Assembly (NCBI RefSeq): GCF_039654945.1
Contig: NW_027361765.1
Span: 14,322,001 to 14,386,000, forward strand
From: Dendrobates tinctorius
Taxonomy: Eukaryota
Direction of reading: 5' to 3'
Length of the DNA stretch: 64,000 bases
Position numbers and translations under genes: made by a program. Position 1 is the stretch's first letter. Each line of letters begins with the position of its first letter. This document shows, piece by piece, positions 37,360 through 51,031 of the stretch. The notes beneath the pieces were generated by a model. The model was not told where the DNA came from, ran no database searches, and worked only from the letters and a program-made list of their open reading frames with translations.

Positions 37360-40315
37360 TTAATAATACATACCTTACTTTTTGAGATGAGTGGCGTACG
37401 CAAAATTAGAATTTGCATAGTTGCACAAATTTTCCCAGGAAATTCTATTGCAAAGAAGTTATTCTCTGTGAATTAAACGTCCCTCATTATTCTCTTGTGT
37501 CTCTCCAGATCATAATTAATGTAAGACAAAAAAACAAACTCTCCTGACTGATTACCATCCTGGTTTTTGCGCTCCTCACATCAACCACCTCATCTTCATC
37601 ACAGCTTTATGACAATGAGGAACAGAGTGCCAGAGAAGTGAGTGGTAAGGTAAATGTGTTTTTTTTTTTTTTTTTTTTTTTTCTTGCATTTTGATGACCC
37701 TTTATGTTTCAGAAAAAGGCAGTCACTAAATTTGCACGGAAGCGATCTACAAAGAAATCTGCATTTTTATGAATGCGGATTTTTGTAATATTTGAGTAGA
37801 ATTCAATTGCACTTGAATATTCGCTCATCTCTAATCATTTTGTAAAGGTGTAAAGTATATGTAAAAGAGAAGTGAGCAAAATCAAGCAATTTTGTATGTT
37901 TCTTAAAGGGGATGTGAGGTGTTTGCTCCTCAACTGAGAGCAGCATGATGTAATCAAAGAGAACCAAAATCCAGTGATGTATCACTTAGTTTACTGGGTG
38001 CAGAAGTTGTGACACAATCAGAGTTCTTAGATGTAGAATGGAGCAGAGTAGAGAAACCTGACCCTGCCCACACCAGGCTCTCTGTACATAATCTATTGAC
38101 AGTGAGCTGCTTATCACAGAAGGGGGCAGAGTCGTTTTGTGCACATTAGACCTTTCAGTGATAATGTCCTAGTGATAATAAAAGCCTTTACATTTCATAT
38201 TTAGATGGAAAGGTAATAATAACAAGAAGCAAACTTTCAAGACATGCCAATTATAGGATATATAGGATTGCTTAAAAATATATGCAAAGCACATTTTTCC
38301 GCTAGTGAGAGGCAATTGGGTTCCCTCAGGAACAAGAAAATGGTGAGCTTACTACATATGCACCCCTAGAACTTGACCCCCTGGCATTACTTATAAAAAT
38401 AATTTTCCAATTTTTTATATAAAATAATGATATCATCTAGAAAAACAAGATTTGCTTTGGTGATTGTGCTATTAAAGTGGTGGCCACATTCATGGTTCAA
38501 CTTTACCACTCACATAATAAGAAAATATGTAGTCATTAAAATGAACCTGTGACCATGAAAAAGTAGTAGGAATCTGCATCCACCATATAATAGAGCCGAA
38601 TGATTCAGCTTTGATCTAGTCACTTAAATATCTGCTCTTTCTGGGATTATTAGTCTACTGGGTAGTCCTAGCAGTGACTGACAGATTTCTTCATATAAGC
38701 GTGCGTATGGGCATAGCTGTCAATCATTGATAGGACCACCAACTAAACTGAAAATGCCCGAAAGAGCAAAAGTTTAAGTGATTAAAACACAGGTTATACA
38801 AGATCTTGTCCCACAAATCATCCATGATTCACTCAGATACATACACACAGGGAGAGACCTGACAGTCTAAATGAGCGGGACATGGACAGTCTGACAGGGA
38901 CCTATGTCCTGAACTAGTCATCCTTGTCATCTTTTCCCTGGCTTTTAAAGTATGTGTTCTATGAAACTCTACTGGTTTTCAGAGTACAATTTTACACAAC
39001 TCTCCAAGGTGTACAGGACTCCACTTCCTTCCCCATCCACATCGGATTTTTCAAGTTGCCCAGCGTGGATCCATGACATAACCTCTGTAGCCCTATTTAA
39101 GGCCAACAAAACACACACTTGTGTCTTGGGATTGAAATTGATCCCTGATTGGTTTCTACTTTATCCATCCTGATGCTCCGGAAATCATTGACTGTGCCTA
39201 GTACTCACTTCCCAAATGCCTTCCTGCTTGCTCCATCAACACTCAAGGTCCCTGTTTCCACCCAGATCTGAGGTTTAGAGGATCCATCTCACCAAGTGAG
39301 CCTAACACAAACATATCTGGCTGCAATAATGGAGCTGATCACTTATGCATGCTACTCATGGTTTGCGTATTTAGAATTTCCTGTTGGGTGCTCTTTAATT
39401 ATTGTGACAATATTGAAGCATATGGATCAACTGTTTCTACACATTGCCTGACTCAGTGTGTTAAGAACATCAGGCTTTTATAGTACAAAAAAATAGCATC
39501 TTTCGTGGAGTTGTCTGAAAGTATTTAGGAAAACAAGAAAGGCTTCAGGCACTGAAATAAACTGTAGATCCTAAACTATTCTCACTCGATAAAGCAGTTA
39601 TAAATAAAACACAAAATGTGCTGTGACAAGGTCAAGAGGACACACAGAGGATGTCATGTTTGGCAAAAAGCATCATTCCAGCTCAGCCTGAGCACACTTA
39701 AGCATCCGACATCTCATAAAATCGGTGGCAGATCCCACGAAAAGTCATCAATCACTTCCAAGCCAGCACTTGTGTCCAAGACTTAATTTAAATTTGGCCT
39801 TTCATAAAACTAACTGTGACATGCTATTTTAAAGCTATTAGGAGGAAAGATTTCAGTTCATGTGGAATTCTCCATCAGTATGTTTCTTCCCACAAAGTCA
39901 GAAAGGAGAAAAAAAATGTTTTGCAATACATTCTGAATCAGTAATACCTAGAGTTGAGCAAAACGGGTCGGTCAAATTCAAAAATAGCCGACTTTAGCTA
40001 AAGTCGGGTTTCGCTGATCGAAACCCGACCATAGCCTGAGGTCGGCCATGAGGTCACCGATCAGAGCGCCAAAGTCGCGTTTCAAATAATGCTTCCAGCG
40101 CCTTTTCCCAGCCAATGATGGAGGACGCATACTGTGGGCAACGCGATGACATGGACAGTGGCCACCACCATCTTAGAGAAGGGCATTGAAGTGATTAGAT
40201 GGCTTTGTGTGGCGTCACAGTGGGTATAAAAGGTTGTGACCACCGACCGCCATCTTACTTCTGCCGATCTTAGAATAGGGAGAGGTGCTGCTGATTCTGA
40301 ACAGGGAGAGCATTA

Positions 40316-40990
40316 AGCTGGAGTCACACATAGCGACTTACCAGCGATCCCGACAACGATATCAACGTGTCAGGATCGCTGGTAAGTCGCTATGTGATCG
40401 CTGGTGAGCTGTCAAACAGACAGCTTCACCAGCGATCAGCACAGCGATGCCGAGCGTGCGGCATCGCTGTATTTGTTAGCGCTGATGCCATCCCTGTAAA
40501 AAAATAGAATTAAAATAAAAAACATTGTTGTTCTCACCTTCCAACGTCCCGCGCAGCCATCCCGCCTCTCTCCACGTTCCCGGTCCCAGTGATCCTTTGC
40601 ACGAATGACTGCGAGACTTCGCGCTCCCGCGAGACCGTGACATTCTCGCGGTCATTCTTGCAAAGGATTACTGGGACCAGAGCGTGGAGAGAGGCGGGAT
40701 GGCTGCGCGGGACATCGGAAGGTGAGAATAACAATATTTTTTATTTTCTTTATTATTTTTTACAGCTGATCGCTGGTCTCCCGCCTGTCACACGCAGCGA
40801 TGCGTGCTGGCCAGCGGGAGACCAGCGATGAAAAAAAAGTCCAAAGGTTTCTTGTAGCGATCAGCGATACCGGCAGGGGGGCCGATCGCTGTGACACACA
40901 GCGATCTCGCTGGTGAGATCGCTGTTACGTCACAAAAGTTGTGACTCAGCAGCGATCTCGCTAACGAGATTGCTATGTGTGACTCCAGCT
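40316..40990 (+). mobile_element. PIF/Harbinger-type MITE A
   Basis: agctggagtcacacatagc / gctatgtgtgactccagct; TTA TSD; empty site gagagcgttaggcaggg in copy 1 (~13559). Confidence 0.88.
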
Positions 40991-41051
40991 TTAGGCAGGG
41001 AAGAAGAAAAAAAAACTGCTTCTGCTGATAGCGCTTTTCACTGTACAGTTA

Positions 41052-41735
41052 AGCTGGAGTCACACATAGCAATCTCGCTAGCGAGATTGCTGCTGAGTCA
41101 CAACTTTTGTGACGTAACAGCGATCTCACTAGCGACATCGCTGTGTGTGACAGCGATCAGCGACCGGCCCCCCTGCCGGTATCGCTGATCGCTGCAAGAA
41201 ACCTCTGGACTTTTTTTTTCGTCGCTGGTCTCCCGCTGGCCAGCACGCATCGCTGCGTGTGACAGGCGGGAGACCAGCGATCAGCTGTAAAAAATAATTA
41301 AAAAAATATTGAAATATTGTTATTCTCACCTTCCGACGTCCCGCGCAGCCATCCCGCCTTACTCCACGCTCCGGTCCCAGTAATCATTTGCAAGAATGAC
41401 CGCGAGAATGTCACGGTCTCGCGGGAGCGCGAAGTCTCGCGGTCATTTGTGCAAAGGATCACTGGGACCGGTAGCGTGGAGAGAGGCGGGATGGCTGCGC
41501 GGGACATCGGAAGGTGAGAATAACAATATTTTTTATTTTAATTCTATTTTTTTACAGGGATAGCATCAGCGCTAACAAACACAGCGATGCCGCGCACTCG
41601 GCTTCGCTGTGCTGATCGCTGGTGAAGCTGTCTGTTTGACAGCTCACCAGCGATCACATAGCGACTTACCAGCAATCCTGACACGTTGATATCGTTGTCG
41701 GGATCGCTGGTAAGTCACTATGTGCGACTCCAGCT
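41052..41735 (-). mobile_element. PIF/Harbinger-type MITE B (same element as A, inverted)
   Basis: Same TIRs, TTA TSD; interior is the reverse complement of MITE A. Confidence 0.88.
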
Positions 41736-41924
41736 TTAGTGTGCAGTGAAAGGGGAGGATTTTTGTTGTGTGCAGCAGCGCTGGTGGTGATTAGGCTGCC
41801 TTATAAGGCTACCTGCTAACTGCATTGCTGTGTGCACACTGCTGTTCAAACTGCTTTTTTCAAAGCACTCCAACTTTTATTATTTTTGTCCTGGTGAGTT
41901 ACTGAGCGTTCATTTTTTCACACA

Positions 41925-42720
41925 CCATAAAGCGGTGTACGCTCTTCACACACTACCATGTACTGGCTGGTATCACAGACAAATAGAAGCTATCTGGGTG
42001 TGACTCTGGAAGAACAAGCCAAGGAGTTTTTCCATTTTTCCAGACCTACACCTTAGTTTGCTGTCCGCTTTTCAAACAGTTTCGTATATCTGCTGTTTGA
42101 TTACGGTCAAAACTAGACAGTCCCTATACAAATAGATGGAGATTGACAATTTTCCATACAGACACCGTATAGCGGTGTACGCTCCTCACACACTACCGTG
42201 TACCGCCTTGTATCATGGACAAATAGAAGCTATCTGTGTGTGACACTGGAAAAAAAAGCAGAGGAGTTTTTCCATTTTTCCAGACCTACACCTTAGAGTG
42301 CTGTCCGGTTTTCAAACAGTTTCATATATATGCTGTTTGATAACGGTCAAAACTAGACAGACAGCGTGTGTCAGTCCCTATACAAAGAGGCAAAGATTGA
42401 CAATGTTCCATACACACCATATAGAGCTGTCTGATTCTCAAACAGTATTGTATATCTGCTGTTCGCATTACAGTCATATCTCTACAGAGTCAGCGTGTGT
42501 GTGTGACACTCCGTAAATACATATATGGAGATTGTTACACAAAAAATGTATACAGCTGTACACTTCTGATACAGTTCCGTATATCTGCTTGTTGGATTAC
42601 GGTCCAATACATACTGTGAGAGCGTCTGTGACTAACAAAATATATACGTAGATTTAATTTTTTAATACACCTTACACAGCTGGACACACCTCATACAGTA
42701 CCATCTCTCTGCTGGTATTT
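41925..42720. repeat. Diverged ~240-bp and ~120-bp tandem units upstream of the copy 2 transposase
   Basis: agcggtgtacgctc.tcacacactacc at 41931 and 42171; related to 13810-14447. Confidence 0.75.
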
Positions 42721-45700
42721 TTGGTACATTTTCCCAAACTTGAGGAAATATGGTGGAAGAGGCCATGGACGTGGGCAGGGGGGCACAGCTGGTACTGATG
42801 GTGGTGGTGCATCGGCTTGTTCTGGCAAAAGCACAATAGCAGGTAAGGCAGGAGGTGTTGAGCCTGCGTCATCGTCTGGCCCCAGAAGGCCTGTAAGGTT
42901 GCCTTTTCTTGGAGTAGGAAAACTGCTTTTAAAGCCGGAGCATCAGGAATTGGTTTTGGCGTACATTGCCGAAACCGCCACCAGCTCTATCGCCTCCTCT
43001 TCTGAACGTTCAAAACCTGCAAGCACGGAGTCGTCAGTGCAGGGTTCTGGTCAGGAATAACACCTTTCCTTGTGTCCTTCACCCCCACCAAAAGTTAAGG
43101 ATGCGGCAGCCCACACTTCAGATTACCCTATAGAGCTCTTTTCACATACCATGCCTGGGTTATCCAGTCAAATCCAGAATTCCCCAGTCCAAGATGAATC
43201 TGACATAGAGTGCACTGATGCACAGCCACTGCTAGATGATTCTGCTGGTACATTGACCCAGAGCACTACATTGCCCGCACAGTCTATTGAGCCAGAATCT
43301 GACCCTGATGAAACTCAGGTGCCCCTTCCTGCATACTATACCACCTTACACGGTGACACAAAGGAACGTAAAGAGTAAGGTGCAGATGACTTGAAGAGGA
43401 GGTGATGGATGACCCAGTTCTTGACCCGGATTGGCATCCATTGGGGGAGGAGGGTGGCGCTGGCAATAGTTCAGATAAGGACAAGGATCCACAGCAGGCA
43501 TTGTCATCGCAGCAGCAGTTAACTGGCAGGCCCATAGCTGTCCAAAAACATGGAACAAAAACTAAAAGAGTTGCAGGACAGGTTGGCGAGACGGTCAACT
43601 TAGCACAGTGTGCAAGGCCAGAAAATGTATACCATAGTAGGAAGAGTGCAGTGTGGCACTTCTTTGTCCAAAATCCTACTGAGGAGGCAAAGGTTACCTG
43701 TAAGAAGTGCGGAAGGACCTTTAGCCGAGGTAAACAACTCAAAAATTTGAATACCAGTTGCATGCTTAGACATTTTATCAACATGCACTTGCAAGCGTGG
43801 ACGGACTACAAAACCTCAGGTAGCACATGTGCACCTGCTCTGACTGAAGGTAGCCAGCAACGCTCCATCGCTTCCCCCACTGTAACACCACCACCACCGT
43901 TAAGCACACCACCAGCACTAAATGTGGAGGTGTCGTCGCAAGGCCAAAGCACTCAGGGAATCACAATGGTTTTGCAACACAACACTGAATCTAGGCCATC
44001 ACCACCAATACCATCACCAACCCCCTCTCACTCCGTCCGGTCCACCGCTACTTCCCCCATATGCAGCTCTCCAGTCCAGCTCACCCTACCAGACATTCTG
44101 AGTAGGACAAGAAAGTACTCATCCTCTCATCCGCGTACACTTTGTTTGAATGCCTACATTGCCAAACTAATCTCATTAGAGATCATGCCCTACCGTTTGG
44201 TTGAAAGCGAAGCTTTCTCCGACCTCATGGCCTACGCTGTCCCATGCTATGACCTACCCAGTCAGCACTTCTTTTCTCGAAAAGCCATCCCTGTCCTCCA
44301 CCGGCATGTGAAAGACCGTATTGTCCATGCACTAAAACAGTCAGTGAGTGGAAAGGTGCACCTCACAACAGATTCATGAACCAGTAGGCATGACCAGGGC
44401 TGTTACGTGTCCATCACTGCGCACTGGGTTAATGTGGTGGATGCAGGCTCCACTGGGGACAGGGGCGGTGGAACAGTGCTGCCTAGCCCATAGTATAGGA
44501 AGCAGTTGGCTGTAGGCTTTTGATCCTCCTCCTCTATCAGCGAAAGCTCATCCACAGAGATCAGTTGCATGAGCACTCCATCCGCAGCTGGCAGTGTTGC
44601 ACATGAGGTGTCCCACTATCGAACAGCTAGTGGTAAGCTTTAGCAGGCTGTGTTAAAGATGATGTCTTTCGGCAACAACAGACACACCACGGAGGTACGG
44701 GCCGACTTCTTGCAGCGACAAACTGAGTCATGGCTGTGCAGTCTACATCTTGATTCAGGCAAGGTAGTCAGTAATAATGGCCGTAATTTTGTGGCAGCCA
44801 TAGCCCGTCCAAAACTCACACACATACCTTGCCTGGCTCTCACTTTGAACCTGGTGGTGCAGTGCTACCTTAATAATTATCCAGAGTTAACATCTCTGCT
44901 CCATAAGGTGTGAAGACTGTGTTCGCACATCCGTCGCTCAAACGTCCACTCCACTCGTATGCAGAAGCTGCAGCAATTGCTCCACCTCTCCAAGCACCTC
45001 CTAATGATAGACGTTGCAACAAGGTGGAACTCCACCCTGCTCATGGTTGAGAGGCTGTGCAAACAGAGGCAGGCTGTAATACATTTGTGGGAGGATACAC
45101 GGGCAGGCAGTTTGAGGGAAGACATGGAATTGTCGGGTGTACAGTGGTCAAAGCTGAAAGACCTCTGTAAAGTTTTGAGGAATGCACATGGCTGGTAAGC
45201 ACACATGATGCCATCATAAGCATGAGCATCCCACTTATGCGTCTGCTCATGCAAGGTTTGACACACATTAAGGATCAGGCGTCTGCAGTGGAGGAGGAGG
45301 AGGAGGGAAGCCTTGCTGACAGTCAGCCATTGTCTGGTCAGGGAACTGTCCTGGACAAGGTGGAGGAAGAAGAGGAGGAGGATGAGGGGGATGATTATTT
45401 TGGGCAGGAGGATGCTTCTCAGGGGGCAAGAGAAAGTATTGGCGTTCCAAGGTCAGGTACAGTGTTTGTGCATGACTGTAGGGATGTGGATTTGCCAGAA
45501 AGTGCTCCTCCACCCACCACTGGCAGTGCATCATTGACACCTGGAAAATTGGCCCACATGTGCGATTATGCCTTGCGGATCCTAAAAAGGGACCCCCCGC
45601 ATTGACAAAATGATGAGGGATGACGACTACTGGCTAACAAGCAACTCTGGTAAACCATTTGTTTGAGGCTTTCCCTGCACACAGCAGCAGTGCTGGTTCT

Positions 45701-46117
45701 CCCACGAGCCATAGTGGGCACAATGGAAGAGGTGTTCGTGGTGAACACAGCCAAAGTGGCGTTGGAGACAGGGGTTTAATGACCATGTTGTGGAATGATT
45801 TCTCAAGTACTGCTCACACGACTGCTAATACTGCATCGATTAAAAGTGACAGGAGACAGCAGTTGTCAACTATGGTTACAAACTACTCCTCCCATATCGA
45901 TGTTCTCCCTCACAGGTCATTCCCCTTTGACCATTGGGCCTCTAAAATGGACGCCTGGCCTGAATTGGCACAATATGCCATACAGGAGCTCGCTTGCCCT
46001 GCTGCTAGTGTGTTATCTGAAAGAGTCTTCAGTGCTGCTGGATCAATTCTGACAGAAAAAAGGACCTGTCTGTCTATCCAAAATGTTGATGATCTAACCT
46101 TCATTAAAATGAACCAT

Positions 46118-49061
46118 TATTATTATTATGCATTTATATATCGCCATTTATTCCATGGCGCTTTACATGTGAAAAGGGGAAATATAGACAAGTAAAATAA
46201 ACATGTGTAAGACAAGGGACACACAAGTACATAAGGAGAGGGGACCCTGCCTGCGAGGGCTCACAGTCTACAGGGATTGGTGAGGATACAGTAGGAGAGG
46301 GTAGAGCAGTAGTGTGGTTCAGTAGACCGAGGAGCATTGCAGGCTGTAGGCTTGTCAGAACAGGTGGGTCTTCAGGTTCTTCTTGAAGGTTTCCACTGAT
46401 GGTGAGAGTCTCATGTGTTGTGGCAGGGAGTTCCAGAGCATGGGGTAAGCACGGGAGAAGTCTTGTATGCAGTTGTGGGAAGAAGAGATAAGGGGGGAGT
46501 GGAGAAGGAGATCTTGAGATGATCGAAGGTTGCATGCGGGTAGGTACCTAGAGACCATGTCACAGATGTATGGAGGAGACAGGTTGTGGATGGCTTTGGA
46601 TGTCATGGTTAGGGTTTTGAATTGTAGCCTCTGGGCAATAGGAAACCAGTGAAGAGCCTGGCATAGGGGGTAGGCTGGGGAATAGCGGGGAGACAGGTGG
46701 ATTAGTCGAGCAGCAGAGTGTAGGATGGACTGGAGCGGAGCCAGAGTGCTAGACGGGAGGCCAGAGAGTAGGAGGTTGCACAATACTCAGGAGGTGTTCC
46801 AGCAACTTCGACCAAAGGATGGTTAAAATCAAAAGACTTTATTCCAAAAAAATGATTAAAAACAGAATAGATGCATAAAAAACATATGGTTCACCATTGT
46901 GACAGACGCTTACGCGTTTCGGACTGGAGGGTCCTTATTCATAGCTTAACATGGAATAACATTTTGTCAGATTGTTCCATAAAATTAATGTCCCTTATTA
47001 TCCAATATGAGGAAGAAAAAGTTTCCGTTTTCGATAAAAAAAAATCAAAGATATTGAAACTGAATTAATACAATTTGAGAAAACGGATTATTTTATTAAA
47101 TCTAAAAAGAAGATCTTTGATAATCTGAATATGCTGGAAGGGGACATTGTAAAAAGGAAACAAGAAAAATTTAAAAGAGACATTAGAGATTATGATGAAA
47201 ATGTGGTCTACAGTTGGAAAACATTCAATAGAAATAATACCCTGAACAGTAGCTTTCAAAAGCGGTATAAATCGCAAAGCAGCCGTTGACATTGATGGAT
47301 AAGTCTGGTAGAGGGGTAGAGTGAGATAGGGGAAAGATGATGAATTCTGTTTTGTCCATGTTCAGTTTGAGAAAGCGAGCAGAGAGGAAGGCTGAGATAG
47401 CAGACAGACATTGTGGGATTTCAGTCAGTAAGGAGGCGAGGTCGGGTCCAAATAGGTAGATCTGCGTGTCATCGGCATAGAGGTGATACTGCAAACCGTG
47501 GGATTCTATGAGCTGTCCCAAGCCGAAGGTATAGATGGAAAATAGTAGGGGCCCTATGACAGAGCCATGGGGAACACCGACAGACAGGAGGCGAGGTGAG
47601 GAGGTGGTGTGTGAGAGGGAGACATTAGGTGTTCGGTCTGTTAGGTATGATGAGATTCAGGATAGGGCCAGGTCTGTGATGCCAAGAGATGAGAGAGTCT
47701 GTAGCAGGAGGGAATGGTCTACGGTGTCGAAGGCAGAGGACAGGTCCAGGAGAAGGAGGACAGAGTAATGTCGCTTGCTCTTGGCGATTAGTAAGTCGCT
47801 AATGACTTTAGTTAGGGCAGTTTCAGTTGAGTGATGCGGTCGGAAGCCAGATTGTAACCGGTCAAAGAGGAACAGGAGGAGAGGTGGGAGGACAGTTCAA
47901 GATATACATGCTGTTCCAGTAGTTTTGAGGTGTAATTGAGAAGAGATATTGGGCGATAGTTAGACACAGAGGATTGGTCAAGGGAGGGCTTTTTGAGGAT
48001 GGGTGTGATTGAGGCATGTTTGAAGGATGAGTGAAAGACACCATTTGTAAGTGAAAGGTTGAAAAGGTGTGTTAGAGATGGGATGAGGACTGTGGCTAAG
48101 TTAGGGATGAGGTGAGATGGGAGTGGGTCGAGGGCACAAGTGGTGAGGTGTGATCTTGACAGAAGTGTGGAGAGCTGATCTTCTGTCATGGTGGAGAAGC
48201 TGGCTTTTGCAGAACAGGGCTTAGCGGCTAAGAGGGGCATTGGGGGCTGCGCACCAAAGTTTTGTCTGATCGTGTCGATCTTCTGCTTAAAGGAGGCAAA
48301 GTCTTCAGCAGAAATGAGAGGAGGGGGAGGAGGTGTTGTGGGACGGAGTAGAGAATTGAAATTGTTGAAGAGCTGTTTAGGGTTGTGAGACAGGGAGGAT
48401 ATGAGAGATGCGAAGTAAGTTTGTTTTGCGGCAGAGAGCGTGGACTTAAAGCTGACAAGGGACTGCTTTTATGCATTGAAGTGCTCAGTAGAATGGGTTC
48501 TCTTCCATCTCTGCTCAGCGGCCCTGGAAACCCATCTCAGTTCTTTGGTCAGGCTGGTCAGCCAGGGCTGCCTGTTGATTGTTTGAGTTTTGCTCTGCAT
48601 GGAGGGCAGCCGAATCGAGTGTTGCTGTTATTGTGGTGTTATAAAAAGTGGCAGCAGCATCTGTGTCATGAAGGGAAGCTATGTCTGTAAGAGGGAGAAG
48701 GGACTCAGAGAGTGATTGTAAATTGAGGTGTTTGAGATTCCTGCGAGGGTGAGCGAGTTTATGGAGCGGGGGTTGCGCAGTAGGAGAGGAGAGGGAAGAG
48801 AATGTCAGTAGGTTGTGGTCAGACAGGGGGAGGGGTGGGTTATTGAGGTTAGTGAGGGACCAGATACGAGTGATGATAAGGTCCAGTGTGTGACCATCTT
48901 TGTGAGTGGCCGCAGAGGACCATTGAGTTAGGCCGAGGGAAGCCGTGAGCGATAGAAGTTTAGAGGCAGCCGGGGTGGAAGTGTCAATGGGGAGGTTGAA
49001 GTCGCCCATGTTGATGGTGAGGATGTCAGCAGAAAGGAAATGGAGTAGCCAGGTGGGGAAG
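46118..49061 (-). mobile_element. 5'-truncated L2-clade LINE (APE + RT pseudogene)
   Basis: MGDFNLP and LSDHNLL (endonuclease); NYRPISLL and [11 protein letters not shown] (RT); LHWFPIAQRLQFK, LRSS and LWNSLP (L2 C-terminus); (TAA)n tail; no TSD. Confidence 0.92.
46781..47280. mobile_element. Penelope-like fragment replacing part of the L2 RT
   Basis: AT-rich insert; HHR-like motif on minus at 46908-46946 (gctATGAATAAggaccctccagtccGAAAcgcgTAagc); peptide WNNILSDCSIKLMSLIIQYEE resembles amphibian PLE N-terminal regions. Confidence 0.55.
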
Positions 49062-49521
49062 TGGGTTTCAAAGGATTTTGTCCCACCTTCCCCTGATGAC
49101 ACATAGGTTGCCAGAAAGCTTCCTCGCTTTTGTTCTCCTCTTCCTCGGACTTGCCCAATTCCGCCCTTTGCAGCAGCTGAATGTCCAGCCAACACATCAA
49201 CATATGCCATTTTTTTAAACCTCCCTAAGTGGGCTGCTCACCCCCCTGAATGGCTGGGGTCAACACCTGGCGCACCAAGGCAAGTGCCGTTGCTCTGAAC
49301 AGGTGGATGGGCCCACAGATGGCCGACGGCACTGGCACAGGGCCCCTCATAGTACATTACAGTGTCTCTGGCGGTGGGGGGACCCACTCGCCGTCAGACA
49401 CACCAGTGTACTATGAGGGGCCCTGTGCCAGTACCGTTGACCACGAGTGTGCCCCCCCTGCTTGGTCATGGCCACAACACTTGCAAGTTGCAAGACTTAC
49501 CTCTCCCTGCTCCACCGCTGT

Positions 49522-50110
49522 GTAGTTTTGGCAGTTAAATCCTTCAAAGGGATGGCCACTAGAAATTTGGTGTATTGATCGATGATGGTTAAGATCTATG
49601 CCCTGTCCTGCTGGCCTCTACCTTCAGATGATCAATGGCTACCATTTGAAATGGACGTCAACTTACAAGCGGATGCAGTGGTGCTTTATGATCACCTATC
49701 ACAGTTGTGATAGTCACAGACGTGTGCCATTCCTGCCACCATTTTTCAATGTCTCCTCTCATGCCAATCCAAAAAAATCACCTATGATATGTGGCTTCTG
49801 TCTTTTGCACTCCAAAATGACCAGACACATCATGATAGGCAGTGAGGACCATGCCTACATCTCTCCCTGTGATCACAATTTGATGGAGACGAGCAATGGT
49901 GATGTGATCCATGCTACTGCGATAAAGCAATCCTTTCTTCATAAAGAACCATTTTCACTGTCTCCACAGACACGGTAATTGAGGGTCTGCATCGCCTCTG
50001 CAACATCTACCGGGAGGTTTTCCCGCGATGAGTAATTCCCAAATTTCTGCTAACACTCGACTTTCCGTCTGTACTTGTATCCATTTAGTTTCCAGTAGTG
50101 GAGAGTCTGG
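49522..50110 (-). pseudogene. Ty3/Gypsy integrase fragment (connection region, HHCC zinc finger, first catalytic D) captured inside hAT copy 2
   Basis: Manual minus-strand translation: WIQVQTESRVLAEI..LWRQ*KWFFMKKGLLYR..HQIVI..AYHDVSGHFGVQKT..*FFWIGMRGDIEKW..KAPLHPLVS*RPFQMVAIDHLKVEASRTG (frameshift) ILTIIDQYTKFLVAIPLKDLTAKTT. No LTR or TSD. Confidence 0.88.
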
Positions 50111-51030
50111 ACTGGCTTACTGAGATTGAAATATATACGAAGATTTAAAAGTACCACAACACTGTATACTGTTTTACGCTTCGACTACCTTTCCCTTTTT
50201 CTATTTGTTAAATTCTGGTGTAATACATACTGAGCCTGTGAGTGTCTGTGTCTGACTCCAGAAGTATAGATGGAAATTTACAATTACCCCTAAACTGGAT
50301 ACACCTGGTATGTGCTGATACAGTACCTTTGTTCAAAATTTTGTATTACGGTATCATCCATAGTGAGTGAGCATGTGTGGTTTACGCCTTCTATGTATAC
50401 GGTGAATCGGAGATAACAATTTTTACCCTATACTCGATACAGCTTGTATCTTGTTATACAGTAGCTTTGTTCGACATTTAGTATTGCGATCAAATCCATA
50501 CTGAGTAAGCGTCTGAGACTGACTACGGGACTATGTATACGGAGATTTCAATTGTACCATATAATATATATACTTGCTATCTTGTTATCCAGTACCTTTT
50601 TTACAACATTTTTTATTATGGTCAAACCCAGACTGAGTGAGCATCTGAGGGTGACTCCGAAAATATATACTGAGATTTCAAATTTGGCCAACACTGTATA
50701 CAGCTGTACGCTTGTGTTACATTACCCATTTACAGCTTTTCATATTTTTGTGTAATCCATACTGGGCCTGAGAGCGTTTATGTCTGCCTCCTGAAATGTA
50801 TACGGAGATTCAGAATGTTTACATTATACAATATATACCTTGTATCTGGTGATACTGTACCCTTTTTCACCTTTTTATTTTATTGGGTAATCCATACTGA
50901 GCCTGTGAGCGTCTGTGTATGACTCATGAAATATATACAGAGATTTACTGTTATCCCTAGACTGTATAGAGCTGTACGCTTCTGATACAGTACCATATAT
51001 CTGCTGGTATTTTGGGTCAATTTTCTAAAA
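50110..51030. repeat. Diverged ~125-135-bp tandem units (~7)
   Basis: Recurring ccatactgag...gtctgtg...tatatacggagatt..caatt; related to 20613-21035. Confidence 0.75.
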
Positions 51031-51031
51031 C

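Larger units (their letters stand above)
42740..49106 (+). pseudogene. hAT transposase of copy 2, multiply disrupted and split by an L2
   Basis: ORF pieces 42740-43060, 43070-43378, 43402-44379, 44650-44913, 44959-45198, 45222-45605 and 45659-46117 match copy 1. The last codons (WVSKDFVPPSPDDT*) resume at 49062-49106. Confidence 0.93.

Noticed and set aside
49598-49978. 126-aa plus-strand ORF as a novel cargo gene
   Set aside because: It is the antisense shadow of the decayed Gypsy integrase on the minus strand.
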